A stretch of 64,000 nucleotides of DNA, from the NCBI GenBank assembly GCA_965655095.1, contig OZ296650.1:102114001-102178000 (forward strand). Direction: 5' to 3'. The notes under the pieces were generated by a model. The model made no database searches. It was not told where the DNA came from and worked only from the letters and a program-made list of their open reading frames with translations. The position numbers were made by a program, and so were the translations under genes. The first letter of the stretch is position 1. Each line of letters opens with the position of its first letter. Positions 1 through 13,339 of the stretch are shown here, piece by piece. Source of the DNA: Haplodiscus bocki. Lineage: Eukaryota.

Positions 1-1929
1 GAAGATTTCACCCAAGTTAGAAAATGCCGTTGAAAAGCGCGTGCTCATCAAGAGTGTGTCACGATATCTCAAGATTTTTACACAGAGGAGAAGCGGAACT
101 TAACAACAGATTCTGATTTGTCAGTTGAGATCAAAGATCCTGAAAGACAGATGAAACCATCATCAGGGACGTGATTGATACTTTTATATATATACTGCAC
201 CAGCTGTCAATAAAAAGTTTGATCGAAAAAGTCGAATTGAAACAAGTGCCTGTCACTGGGTCTGCTGCTTGAGATGCTAATCTGTCAATCATGTTTTTCT
301 AGGTCATTTTGCAACCCAATTTTTAAGAGTTTAGCACAGTGAAAAACAGGAAAGATGAGCAATTTCCCGCCCATACTGCCTCCTTATTCAAGACATAAAT
401 ATAGAAAACACAACCTTTTCGGTACCATTGGTCGGTCAATGTTTCAGGCCAATGTTTAAAAATCAGCACTCCTTAGAACAACAAATAAACAAGTACCTCC
501 CAATGTATAAAAAGTGGTCGTTTTCGACCATTCGCACTAGATGATGACTACATTTTCTGGTGACGTCCAGAAATGCAAGTTTTAGACAGGATGAAAACTC
601 GGCAAAATCCGGTTTCTATACACAATCGCCCTCCCAGTCAGCATGTGTAAAAGGGGAAATCCAGAAAAATTGACGAGTAAGAATGAATCCAGGTCCACAG
701 CACTTGTTGATTTAATAACCCAGGTTTTCTATCTGACAAAATACCCCTGGCGAGACTCGAATATCGAAGCGAACTTAATGAAATTTATATTTAAGTATCC
801 TGGCTATATTTATTCAAAAAATAGATCATACCGAGGCGTAGGTGCCACAATAAAAAACTGAAAATTGAAGTATCATAAAAATTGCGAAACTCAGCTCAAA
901 TTTCAAGTTTCTTACCCAAAAATTGCCAGAAAAACTTGACCCTCAACAAAACAGTTGATAAAAAGTGGAGCCTGCTTGTAATGCTTATGAAAAATTCAAG
1001 TGATTTGAAAATATAGGTGCGAAGATATAGCACTCAAATCTGAAGAAAATTCAATAAATAGCCGATATTAGCTCTATATTCCGTCTCACTCAGAAAACCC
1101 ATCAAAAAAATTTAAGCCACGACCAAGACTTTAAAAAAATTTAAAATAGAAGCCTGCTTGCAATGTTTCTGTCATATGAATTAAACTAAAAACCGACTAA
1201 AAATGCCATTTTTGAACCAAACTATCAAAATAGTGAAAACTCCCCAAACCTCACGCTTTGTAATGATTACTGCAGGTTGCGTATAAAAAGAGATTAATCC
1301 TGAGGAAAAAATAGAAAATTGTGGAAAAACAAAATTTAATTTTTTGGACGACTCACTTTAAAACACTACAAACGCCATTTTTCCGAGGAACTTTGAAAAC
1401 TTTTTCCGAATTTAACGTTATCTACTGATTTATGTCAGTTGCGTGGCGAAATAGATAGATGGTAAGGCAACAGAGCAAAAATCTTGGAAAAAACCGAAGA
1501 TTGGGCATTTTTGTAAAAAAAAGACACGCAAATTTCAATTGTTACCTCAAAAATATCTTTATACTTTGATAATTTAGTTCAGTCCTGTGTTAAAAGTAAT
1601 ATGTGCGGAAAAGTATGGAAAATAGCAAACTTGACGTTTTCCTGGCTCACTTTAGACTATGGAATATAGCAAGAGTTCCAAAAGACCGTCTTGTACGCTT
1701 TAAGACGTTTCTCATGTCTTTCAGTTGATTAGTTAATCAGTATTAGCAACTGTACGCTGAATTGCAGCTGAAACGTCAACTGAGGTTGAAATTGTAAAGC
1801 AAGAAAAAAGTTCCCCATTCCGCTGGGTCCGATCTGAGAAAAAAGGTCGACGTAGTCCCAATAATTTCTTTGGCTTTCAGCTACGATTTTATAAGACTCA
1901 CAAGTAAAGTTTTCTGAAATTGTAATTCA

Positions 1930-2310
1930 AGTGAAAATATTTCTCGGAAAAAGTATAACACGCAAAATACCAGCTACTCCAGTGACTCTCGATACTGCGG
2001 GATTACGAATGGACACTAGATGATTGCAATCCAACCGGTAGTCTCTGAAAACAAAACAACTTTCTAAACAAAGAATACCTAGTTTGAATTTCAAACATCA
2101 TGGCAAAATATTTTGGATGCAAAGTATGATACAGGACATCTCTATGTTGTTGTCGATTCTGCAAATACTCCGCTTTTGAGCAAGCTCTGCAAGCCAGCAA
2201 TCCTACCGGCAGTCTTCGACGAAAACGATTTTCAAGGCAGAGCCTAGAAAACTTCGAATTTCAAACTACAAGTAAACATATTTCGTGAGAAAAGTATGAT
2301 ACGAGAACAC
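1930..2310. repeat. Degenerate ~171-bp tandem repeat (2-3 copies)
   Basis: AAGTAT(G/A)A(T/C)AC recurs at 1951, 2122 and 2292. CAATCC(A/T)ACCGG(T/C)AGTCT recurs at 2027 and 2198. Period 170-171 bp. Confidence 0.55.
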
Positions 2311-5300
2311 CCTGCTCTTCCAAAGATAGTTCTCTGCTATCAAACATCATATTGGACCAGGTCGCAAATGTCCAAAAGAGGGTAAAAACGAGTAGCACAA
2401 TCACGCATACAGGACGAGGCAGTTCACCCGCGAGGAGCTGAACAAGCTCCACCAAGCATGAAGTTTGATTTCCTATGTGCAATTCGGTAGCTGTCCACTG
2501 TCGGACAACGGTACCACCTTATCCAAATTCGCGATATTTGCTATCGCAGGTTCAACACAGGGGCGAAGCGGCGCAACGCGCAGATGACAATACGACGAGA
2601 GTTGATTGAAGAATTTTCCGATCACCTAGTAATCAAAAACTCATTTTCGAATCCATTATTATGCTACAAGTTGCATTTCAATCACAGCAGTTCAGAAAAA
2701 TCACTTTCGAACTCAACATTCTGTGTTGGAAAAAAATTCGAACTGCAAACTGCGGCAATTTCTGGATATGAATGGAAACGAATATCCCTGGCTACCAGCG
2801 GTCAATTTCTGAGAGCAAGAACTTCAAATGAACGTTGAATATTGGAAAGAGAAGAGCACTGTATAAAGTCATTTGCGAAGTCATCGTTTTCCTTTTAAAA
2901 CATATCTCAAATTGGACGTTTAAGTCGGAACATCTTCTGGATATTGAATGAAAAAGACGATCCTTCACTAGAGTTCCTACACTGCCACAGCTTGAAATAA
3001 AACTAGCAGGAAATTAAGCAATGGTGTAAAAGAAAGTCAATTCCGAGAACCTAATTTAACCAAAAACATAGGCATCAAGGATGATACGAACTAAGCGCTA
3101 GGACTTTAGGATGGAAAAATTCAAGTTGATCAAACTGACTCGAAAAAAATGCAAAATAGGCAAAAATTATCATTTCGTTGAACATTCGAAGCGTTGAAAT
3201 GTCAGAGCATTTCAAAATTTGAAAACTTTGCAGGCACTAAATGTTTTGCATATTTTCAACGGTTTGAGAATCAGCAATGTTTCGATGCCATGAATGATCT
3301 CATTCTGAAAACGCAAAAAATGCTATGTGATTTCAGTTGACAAATTGGAGAATTTTTGAAATCGGAAGCACAAGAGAAGAGAGTGGTGTCCACATTAGCT
3401 TGAGGAAATGAAAGAATACGGAAAAACGAATAAAATTAAATATGAACTGTGCATAACTATCGCTCAGCTTGCCTAAATTGCTCATTCACAGCACGTTGGC
3501 GAAGGAAAGTAAAATCCATAGTCATTAAGCCTAAAAAATCATCTGAATTTCGAAGTTTAAAAGAAATAATAACCTCTAGAAAGCGTCGGAAAATGAAAAA
3601 CCAAAAGTGCAGATTTTCCGAAAGGCAGGTAGTTCAAATAAAAGAGGATGATTGCAATCGGATCGCAACTTGACGGAAAAAATCATTTGAAAAATAGTTC
3701 GTAAAAGTTATTGACTGTGCCTTTCAGCAGTTCCATCTATTGTTCCGTCCTTTTCGCCTAAATATCTACAATGAGAAAGCGAAAAAGTATCCCATTTCAA
3801 AATTTTCGAACTGTTGCGCGACCACCTCTGCACTGTAAACAGAGCAAGTAAAAATTGTCCCTAATTGAGGCAACTTGTTAACGACCAGACAAAAAAAACA
3901 GCGTCAGTAGTGAAAGCAGGCATGCCAGCTTGACCATGAGAATAACAATGAGACAGCGTTCCCCTATAACTTAAACATTGACAAATATCCCATCATGACG
4001 ATGCCCCACAGATCAGCAAACCTATTGCAATTTAACTTATCAGGAAAAAACTGAGTTGTTGTCAAATTGGAAAAACTATTTCCGAATTTAATTGCATGTA
4101 ATTCAATTTTTTCAAAATTCGTCACAAGCTCTGATGGATACATCAGACCACAAGTCAATTCGCTAGCAAAAACAATTTTTCGTGGAAATGCAGGATTGAC
4201 ATGTTTTCTCGATAAACAGTTGAAGCATCCCAGCCCATGTTACAGCTACTCCACTCTTTGAAACAGATTCAACCTATCCGATGGCTCTGATTTCAACTAC
4301 TTGGGATCAACTATAAGTCAGTTCTTCTGATGGAAAGACTGCATTAGGACTTCTTTGATGGAATAGTCTTCAACCACTCACAGGTGTTGATAACTTCAAT
4401 ATCCGTAATCTCAGATATTGTTTTTTCGAACGAATTAATCTAGTGATATCAATTCTTCTCGGCATTGAAGAACGGCTTCCTGGTTCGATTCTGAGAATAT
4501 GGAGAAGAGACGTTGTAGTTATTAAGCACCTTTTGTCTAAAAGTTAAAACTGGTTGTTGTCAAGATTATAAAATTTTACATATTTTTTAGACTGAAATCT
4601 GATTAAAGTCCATTGCATTCCTTTCGATAAAGGTAAATATTACCTTCCAGATTACTTCAATCTAGGTGCAAGTAACGCACTATCACCAGAAAGTGCAATG
4701 ATAAAAATCTGCTCACCCAATAAATATTGTTCATCAGAATCAGTTATAAGGTATAAAGTAAGTTGACGTATTTGTTTACATAGGCGATAAACTAAACTTG
4801 AACATGACAGTGACATTGACGGAGCACCATTTCATCTCAACTTTAAACTAATGACATCTTCAGGCTGAAAAGCGTTAATTGATCGATTGGTCTATATTTG
4901 TCAAGTTAGCATCAAATCGTAAAAAAATTTGAAGGAATCGGTAATTTCCTTCAATCAAAGAATATCTAGATAATCACGATGTAAAATCAGTAGACTCTGA
5001 GCTTACTGAAGATGCAAGGAGCAATTCTGAAAATGCAATGTTGTTGAAACATTGACTTTTAGTTTCGCATGGTAGTACAGAATTTCGATTCATGTAGCTG
5101 GAAAAGCTTTGAATAACCCAGGTAAGGCAGAAAGAAAAGTGCCACAAAAAATTAACGCTATGCTCTGGGAAAAAAAAGCCAGTACTGCAACGTTTTTCAA
5201 TCAGCAATGTGGTAGAAAAACTACCGTTTTTACATTCAAGAAATGTTCACATTTATTTCCATTTACATAAAACAATTTACAATTGTACAATATTACAATA

Positions 5301-5807
5301 AGTAAAATAACTCTGACAGGGCCAAATATCCAGCAAATGGCATACACTACAGAGGAAACCATTTTTCCCAGACATTGAGCTCACTTTGCAGGTATTGAAT
5401 GTGACAGTTTCAAAAAACTCACATCTTCACAGTCCTGAAAAACTTTAACTCAAATCAAAATGCATTCAAAAGACAGTTTGAACTATTAATGCTGCCGAAG
5501 AACAATCTCACAGATCTTTCGTTGCTAATGTCGCGAATTGTCGTCCAGCACCTGGAAACAATTTCACAGGGATGCTTAAAGTTTCGAAAGGACACTATTG
5601 TTAAGTTCAAGCGAGTTGGGTTGCATCGAAAATCCAGCTGTCTCCTGCATTTCAAAATCCTCTTACAGTTTGACGGGAAAACATGAGGACTTGCCTCTGA
5701 TATACCATGGAGGTTGGCATTTTTTCTCATTTTGTCCCATAGCACTGTTGAAAAGCTTGTCGCGATGCAGGAGCAAACAGCCCAGCTGAGCCATAAGGTT
5801 TGACACA

Positions 5808-6000
5808 AGTGGTTAATAAATGGCTATTCTATATAAAATAGACATTATTCTCACTTATGAAGTTTATCTCATTTCGTTCCTGTCAAAATTATCCCCAATG
5901 TCCGTTTGTCAGGAAAATATAAAACTTTTATATAGAAATGCCACTTATTAACTACGTCTATGCAAAGGTTAACGTATATGTTAGCATACCTGTGATTGTT
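5808..6000 (+). repeat. Left TIR of Maverick A
   Basis: Aligns by eye with the reverse complement of 37690-37877 (shared blocks GTCAAAATTATCCC, GCCACTTATTAACTAC, GGTTAACGTATAT, TAGCATACCTGTGATTGT). Confidence 0.8.
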
Positions 6001-6879
6001 TCTAGGTACATCTCAGAATTATTTGAAAGCAATCCATAGGCGTTCTTTTGAAACGGTTGAGCGTTTGGAAGATTCCAATTTTGTTTGAAACTAATTGAAG
6101 ACAAAAATTAACGCTTGAATGGGTGCTTTACACGTAAACATACCACTTTTCATGAAATTAGGTTTTTGATATGTCAATGTAAACAGAACCGAGACTAAGA
6201 CTAGAGACCAAGACCAACTGGTCTAATTCGATGTGAGACCAACTGGTCTCGAATTGTGGTCTCCACCAAGTTGCACTCAAACTTTCCTTACTTTCCGCAC
6301 AAATATTTATGAGGTTGACGTCAAACAAAAACAATTATAATCTACATTGAATTTGAAAATTAAATATATATTTCACATGGAAAAACTATGTCACATGGAA
6401 AAATTGTCATTTGGAAAAAAATTGGGAAAACAGGGAAAATTATGGCAATTTTCTTTAAAGTGTTGGGTCGCTATGAGTTTTCTAACACAACGGAAAGGTG
6501 TGTGTAGGATATACAGCTGTTGATTGTTTCGAGATTGGTTAAAAAAATGTCTCCTGATAAAATTTTTTCGGTGCTTCACACCGACCGCTTTTTTCTGTTG
6601 ATCAGAAAATTTTTGTTGATATAGGTCCTTCGGACCCCCGTTGTTCGCTTCTGATGTTGTTTATGTAATTGTGTTTCTCATTGAGTGCATTCAGGGAATG
6701 TAAACTTTTCATGTTTGTGTAGACTAAGGGCTAAAGGATTGATTTTGTTGATAAAACATTATCTGACCTAATCTGAAAACATTTCCCAATCTGGTTCTTC
6801 AACTATACCTGAAAACTGGTCATCATGTCCAAAGGGATAGAGATTTGTATATGCAAAACCTTCATCCATTTTCTATATG

Positions 6880-7250
6880 CAAATCCTCGGATTTTCTCAT
6901 GTTCTATACCATCTATTGGTATAAATTTCTGATCTTATAATAAATATCCGTTTTTCTCTCCAAAACTAATTGGATAAGGGGCAACGCTATTTCCCATATC
7001 TGAAAAATATTGATCAACTTTCTCTTCTGTATAGAAGGTGAAGTTAAACTCAGCCACGAACAGATACTTGTACCTGTCATCTTGTGATTCTAACAGAAGT
7101 AGAATGTTTCCATCCCAAATAGATAGTTCTTTTTCAACTAAAATTTATATAGAGAATTTCAGAGCATAGTTTATGACCTTCAAGCTTATAGATAGCTGCC
7201 TCAGGCTTTCCTTCAGAGTCCGTCACTACATAACAAGGTTGATGATTAAA
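6880..7250 (-). pseudogene. Maverick accessory gene fragment, unknown function (copy 1)
   Basis: Minus-strand translation WDGNILLLLESQDDRYKYLFVAEFNFTFYTEEKVDQYFSDMGNSVAPYPISFGEKNGYLL with stops. Paralogous to 7560-8055. Confidence 0.5.
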
Positions 7251-7559
7251 TTTTGTTACATAGGCAGCCATTTATCTACGATAAAATATAATAAGCTCAA
7301 CAAACAACACATCTTTATCAAGGGATTGTAACAACTCTCCCACAAAAAATGACAAACAGACTGACGAAAAGCATATACACTAACTTTCCCTAAAGGCATA
7401 ACACATTTCTGACTTAGGATTTTTATTTCATTCGTACCATTACAGGATTTTATTTCCTATAAATCATCTTCGCTTTCCACATATATGATTTCTTCAATAC
7501 CATTCTCGACTTTCTCTGAAAACCTTTCAGCTATCATTTTCTAACAGCTAATTTCGGTC

Positions 7560-8055
7560 CCTCAAGACGGTCTCTCGAAGAAACTCAAACAAGAACCTAC
7601 AACATTCAGAGGATACATCCATTTCACAAAATTCTCTGCGGATGTTTTCATTGTGTATAAAATCACATGGTATGCAACTATTTTCAATCAAAAAGTATAT
7701 AATTTTTAACATACGCAACTGCATAAGGTACACAAGTATTTCTCATATTAGAAGTGAACTTAAAAGATTTACTCTCAGGGGTTTCAAAAGTATTTACAGA
7801 ATCCGCAACAAACATTTATGTAGGGCTGCAATGCAATCCACTAAATCAAAGAAACTAGAATACCCATACCTTATAGGATTATCTCAAGCACCAAAAAATT
7901 CAGTCATTTCTTTTAAATATCTTCTACCTATCAAAATATTCAACACTTCTTCCCATACTTTATCCCTATTCTCAATTCTAATAGTAAAAACTTTAGAGTT
8001 ATTGATATTAACTGAAAATCTTCTTCAATAAAAATCTTTTGTGCAAGCGTAATCC
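7560..8055 (-). pseudogene. Maverick accessory gene fragment, unknown function (copy 2)
   Basis: Minus-strand ILIGRRYLKEMTEFFGA*DN... then, after a frameshift, MFVADSVNTFETPESKSFKFTSNMRNTCVPYAVAYVKNYIL, which aligns with copy 1. Confidence 0.5.
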
Positions 8056-8259
8056 ATTTATTATGTATATAAAATGTAGAATAAAACAAATTCACTTGAA
8101 AGACATGTTAAAGTTTAAGACAGCAAAACAAAGAAAAAAACACATAATTTAAAACATATTGTTTGTTTTATTTCATCTTTGTTCTAATCATTTCTTTTAT
8201 TTAATTACCTGAACTGGTTCGGAGAACCGTACATTTTCTTTAGAACAAAAATCAAAAAT

Positions 8260-8440
8260 GGGAACTCTCGACGCCATTTGTTACTACGCCCAAACAAATT
8301 AGACTTAATGTTTCGGTTTATGGGGATTAAACCTATCAATCCAAAATTAACACAAAAAGTAATAGCAAAGGAATTATGTTAATCCGATTCTACAATTGAA
8401 TGACATAGAACTGATATAAAATTGAATAGCACCTACCGGT
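8260..8440 (+). pseudogene. Small helix-turn-helix protein remnant (Maverick accessory gene)
   Basis: KLDLMFRFMGIKPINPKLTQKVIAKELC*SDSTIE*HR shows an HTH pattern (TQxxIAKELxxSxSTI) with in-frame stops. Confidence 0.5.
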
Positions 8441-8608
8441 TCTCAATCTCGTAGGGCCTCCCAAGGAGACCCCAAAGGAGACAATATTGACCCCACAAGA
8501 CCTCCAAAGGCGTCCACTTCAACTAATTCTAAAGGAGGTGGAAATACAGCTATCGATGAGATAGATGAAACGCATTTAGAAAAAATCCTCCAAAATGAAT
8601 ATTAAATT

Positions 8609-8950
8609 ATGGAATTAGCAATGCAACTTACCTCAAATGACAAAACTGTAAGAAGTAATACAATACAAGATTTGGAAGATTTCAACTCACACTCACTATC
8701 CACACAAGCTGGGAAAGGGGAGCAATTAGTTTCCAAGATGCCCTCTATCAAAAAAGCTTTTGACATAATGGGTGGTGATAAAGTCGAGCTATCTACCGAA
8801 AATGAAACATTGAAAAATTAGGTTCCTACGATGAAAATTGCTTAGGAGAATCAGATGTAAACCTGTTCAAAAAGATGGAAAAGATAGATGATGAAAAAAA
8901 AGCAGCTATTAAAAACGACAAGAATGAGAAAACAGCTATTAAAACAAAGT
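8609..8950 (+). pseudogene. Maverick accessory ORF, unknown function (stop at 8821)
   Basis: ORF 8609-8821 plus a Lys/Glu-rich continuation, lying between other Maverick genes. Confidence 0.35.
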
Positions 8951-9539
8951 AAATGAACTGAATAACGGCATATATCTTACGATAAATTATGGTGAAGCGA
9001 GTTTCATATTATTGTGTCTGCAAAAGATAGACTACAAGACATATATTTTAACCAAATAAAACTTGAGGTAAACGAAACTTACAAGGAAGATAAAACCTCT
9101 AATGATCCAGATGTTGTAAATAAAGCTCACCTAGATACAAAAAGAATCAGAGCACAGGGACAATTAATGTTTATAGAATAAAAACATAATGAATTTTAAG
9201 GTCCGATAACAGAAGGCTCACATGGCGAGCGCAAACTTTTAATTGAAAAATGTTCAGATACACTCATTGAACAAACAAAGACTAAGCCACAAAAAACTTT
9301 AGAAAACAAACTAATTAAGCATATGGATACTTTCTCATTTTCTCCTCCCATTAACCATATAGGGCCCCATTGGTTGTAGCGGTACGAGGTTTCGAGGCAT
9401 TTAAATCTGTTTCTAATATAATTGATGGGAACAAGAGTTTTCAAAATCTACACCAGGTTATTGGGCCTCCAAGGGTGCAGAAAACACTGAAAAACTAAAA
9501 GAATTTTTAGAGCTTAGAAGCCAGAATTATATTGAATTA

Positions 9540-10187
9540 TATGTGAAGGAAGTTGAGGAAACAGGGTGGCGGATGGAAATAGGCTTCCAAAAATATCGTT
9601 TAGACTGTCTTGATATATGTAAGAAAGCAAGAATTGAAGAATTGAGAAAAATAAACTATAATGATCTTGAAGATAGGGTTCATCGAATGAAAATAACAAA
9701 GTACGAAAATTTAACTATATTAAAAAAAATATCGTGCTGCTGTAAAAATTACAGTTGATGATATTAGAATGACGACAAACCTAACCATTACCAAAACCAT
9801 AAAATTTACCGATAAATATTTTTTTCTACACCATATCAGGCTCCAGTGGTCTGAAGGACCACCCTGCCGGAGCAGTCGTCAAGAAGACTCCAGGAACCTA
9901 TTCATCAGAGAAACACATTAACATTACTGGAATTGATAAAAATCATTTAAAATGTGATTGCAGTGATGGAAGTATTGTGATTGGTGTCCGAGAACCCATA
10001 TCTTACAGTTTTGCATAAGATAAATCCTCCGGACATAAAATTCAAAAAGAATTTAGAATCAAACATTAAAAAAACAAAAAAATCTGTTTTGTCTCATAAC
10101 ACATTTTATCTAGAGGATGATGACTTCAAACCAGTTGATTTTAATGGAGAAACGGTAATATTTACTTGTCAATTAGTCAAAAAGTAG
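9540..10187 (+). pseudogene. Minor capsid (penton)-like gene remnant 1
   Basis: Frameshifted INITGIDKNHLKCDCSDGSIVIGVREPI...SVLSHNTFYLEDDDFKPVDFNGETVIFTCQLVKK, a C-terminal pattern typical of Polinton minor capsid proteins. Confidence 0.55.
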
Positions 10188-10269
10188 GTCGCTTTGAGAC
10201 TCCCAATAGGACCCAAAAAGGGATCTTTTTTAGCGACCCTAAATGGATATGGATATTTTCATGCCTAAA

Positions 10270-11360
10270 AATGAAACTGAAGAGCTACTACTTTAAATAA
10301 ATAAGAATCTCGCAGCGCTCATTGAACAAATTCACAAGCCATGAGAAACACTAAAATTTAAGCCGACCCATTCAAGGGACACCTTCTCATTTACACCAAC
10401 TGTCAAATTAGGCCACGAAGGGGCCTGGCTGATAGGATTAATAAATTTAGAAGTACATAATTCTATTTTTAAAAGAACTGAAGAAAATAATGGTTTTTCA
10501 ATTTTGCAATTCACTTCCGATTTTCTTTTTGAAGAAGCTGTGGATAATGAAAACCTAAAAACATTATTGAAACAAAATACACCTGAGTATATAATACATC
10601 TCGAAATAGCTTTAGCAAACAAATGTGAAGCTAAAGTAGTTATTGATTATAGGGGGTCTGACCCAAAGAAGAAGAAGTATCATTTGTCAGATCTTGAAAC
10701 TAGAAAAACTACGATTAAGGGTTCAAAAACCATGAAAATGGGCGACATAATAAAGATGAAGATACTGATATGTAATAAAGAACGAAATGAACTTTGAAAG
10801 AAATGGAATATGTCTTAGGTGCTATTTATATGGAACCATGAACAGAAGAATCTACTATTCCACCAGGTGTATATGAATTTAAAGACTTTAACAAAAGTCT
10901 CTCATTCTTGAATAAATGTTAAGCTGAATGATATTACCATGAAAACCAAATCGTTTTAAGTGGTCGTTCATCTAACTCGGATGCGAGTGAAGGGTTTGAT
11001 GAAAAATCTTTCTTCAGTACGATACCAGGTTTTACCCCAAACATAGTTCACAAACCTAATAAAGAATTTATCAGTCGAATAACTACGAATAAAAAAATAA
11101 CTACAATAGATAGGATTCATTTGAAGTGCGATTGTATAGATCGGACTGTAGTAAATGGCGTCTGGGAGGGAACCCAAACGGTTCCGTTTTGTTTCAGATA
11201 AACCTCCAGTATATAAAGTTTTTTGTGAGGCTGGAACCATACATTATATAAATACATATAAAAAAACAAATATAATTTGAAAACCATTAGATTTTACTTA
11301 GAGGGGTCCGAAGGACCTAACAATTCAGTCGACATCTAAGGCAAAACAATGACAAAAAAT
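10270..11360 (+). pseudogene. Minor capsid (penton)-like gene remnant 2
   Basis: Second copy of the motif: IDRIHLKCDCIDRTVVNGV...DKPPVYKVFCEAGTIHY...IRFYLE, with many stops and frameshifts. Confidence 0.5.
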
Positions 11361-11379
11361 TTAGTTCGTGGGAGACACC

Positions 11380-11711
11380 ACTCTTCGACAACAATCATTG
11401 TTGGTCATATGACTTATAATTTTCGAAAATTAGTAAGTTGGCCAATGCTCCAAATGTTAAAAAAATCTACGACTGTTAGTGACAACACAATAGCAGAAGG
11501 TTTAGGCAGCTTCCTTGCATAACTTGGAAAATCTTCTACCAAAGCGGCTAAAAAGATGGCCAAAAATGGATCCAAAAACTCTGGAAGGGCTCTGAATATT
11601 GGGACAAAAAATGGTAGAAAAACAGCATCAAGGAGTCCTAGGACAGCTTCATCAACAACACCAGATGTCATAAATTTTTATCAAACTGGGAAAGGAGTAT
11701 ACTTAGGATAA
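11380..11711 (+). pseudogene. Small basic/amphipathic virion core-like protein remnant
   Basis: VSDNTIAEGLGSFLA*LGKSSTKAAKKMAKNGSKNSGRALNIG...PDVINFYQTGKGVYLG; a basic amphipathic helix follows a GxG motif. Function is inferred. Confidence 0.4.
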
Positions 11712-11889
11712 ATTATATACCTTTCGTGGACATAAATGAAGCAAAACATCCAGAACCTTTAGACCCTTTGGGGACCGAAGACAGATTAGAAAGGATAATG
11801 AATGAAAGAAATAATTTTAATAACTCAATTATTAAAATTAAGGAAATGACTACCTACTTCTAAAACTATAATCAAAAATAGTATAATCA

Positions 11890-12271
11890 AACCTTCGGAG
11901 GTATACGTAGAGAATCTTTTGATTTTATTGATATTTAGGAAATTAGTACAGATTTTGTTTACAAAACCCTTTCCCATGATATGTCTCAATTAACTTTGGT
12001 TGGCGTTTGGAAGTTGTGAGGATGGTTTCAAATGAGTCTTTTATTGTTTGTGCATTTTTATTTTTTTCAGAGAAACTGTCCGATCAGGATTGCTCAAATT
12101 GAAGATTAGTACCAAAACATAACTATAGCCTCTACTATTTAGAGGACCAAATTCGCTTAAGTCTAACAAATCTAAACTCCAAGTATCATCAATGTGACAA
12201 TTATCCGTTTAGTTGGTAACAAAGATAATCCTAGGTGGTTTCGAATAAATCTCACTGATGAAGGTTTCCAT
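11890..12271 (-). pseudogene. Polinton retroviral-like (rve) integrase, N-terminal part only
   Basis: METFISEIYSKPPR...IDDTWSLDLLDL...GYSYVLVLIFNLS...KNKNAQTIKDSFETIL...PKLIETYHGKGF. One stop; second catalytic Asp (TDxG) appears mutated; truncated near 11890. Confidence 0.85.
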
Positions 12272-12284
12272 TAATTTTATCTAA

Positions 12285-13269
12285 TTAAGCCCATGATTCG
12301 CTTCCGATGTTGTTCAGGTATCTGCGTTCGTCATCGAATGCATTCAGAGCTAAATTGTCAACTTTTTGAAAATAGATTTCATGATTTCTGTTTCGAATAA
12401 AGTAATTGTCTCCGTTTTCATCGAAGTTTTTTTCTGCCAAAGGGGTTCCTGTAGAAACCCAATTAAGACATTTAAGATACTCACTAAACATTTTTGTTTT
12501 TGGAGTACTTTTTCTATTAATTTCAAGTTTTGTCTTTTCGGTGTTTTCCACTAAAACCCTTCTATCATTATATTCATTACATGTAAACCAATAAGCTTTG
12601 CTTTTATTAAAGTTACGAAGTCGTTTATAGATAGGGAATCAGGTGTTTCAATTTCGAACTTATCCATAACTTCCACTTTTGGGATTGCATAATGGGTGTT
12701 TCTAATCACGGTTGCTGAAACAAGAAGGTTCTCCAAAACCTTTTTCTTCTTTTAACCTCCCTAGGTTCTCAATCAAATCAATACTTTTTATACTCAACAG
12801 AGACAAATCACTATCCATAAAATGCGATTGAGCGTTGTTCAAACCAAAGAATCGTTGTGAAACATCATATTAGGTTTGATACAGAAACAACTAAGACAAT
12901 TCCAAATATGTGGGCTTATCAAACATTACCTCTTTTTGTTTAAATCTAGAAACTTCAAAATTATTATATAGGACTTTACTTCAACAAAACTTAATTTGCT
13001 ATGCCTTTTGACTTGGATCTTTCAATCCAGGAGGAATTCTCAAAATTTGGGAAAAATAGTAATTCCAATCTATTCCTACCGTTTTCCATTGTCTTTCCAT
13101 AGAATGCAGTTTAATTTGTAAAAGTCTTGTTCGAATTTATTTTCTGTTGCTGCTCTCTACTTTGTATTAAATGAGATACATGTTTTCAACCAATGCTTTT
13201 GCCTAAAATTCATAACTCTAATAGCTTCATCAAAAATCATTCCATGTCTCACCAAAAAATTTATATGTC
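12285..13269 (-). pseudogene. Protein-primed DNA polymerase B, C-terminal part
   Basis: KFLVRHGM...FEQDFYKLN../FYGKTMEN (motif B), HFMDSD (YxDTDS-like motif C, ~12810) and the terminal LALNAFDDERRYL...ESW. Confidence 0.9.
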
Positions 13270-13339
13270 AGTAGTAAGAGTGTGAGCTGAGGTGATGATG
13301 GGGATGGAAGACCCTCATGTATTGAGATAGGCTAAAGCG

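Noticed and set aside
3900-5800. Possible host exons or pseudogene (hydrophobic short ORFs)
   Set aside because: No recognisable domain or consistent splice structure, and many stops.
5802-5807. TSD for Maverick A
   Set aside because: GACACA versus GGCAGC (37878-37883) match at only 3 of 6 positions.
6185-6268. GAGACC/GGTCTC short repeat cluster as a MITE
   Set aside because: Resembles DNA-transposon subterminal repeats, but no TIR pair or TSD could be defined.
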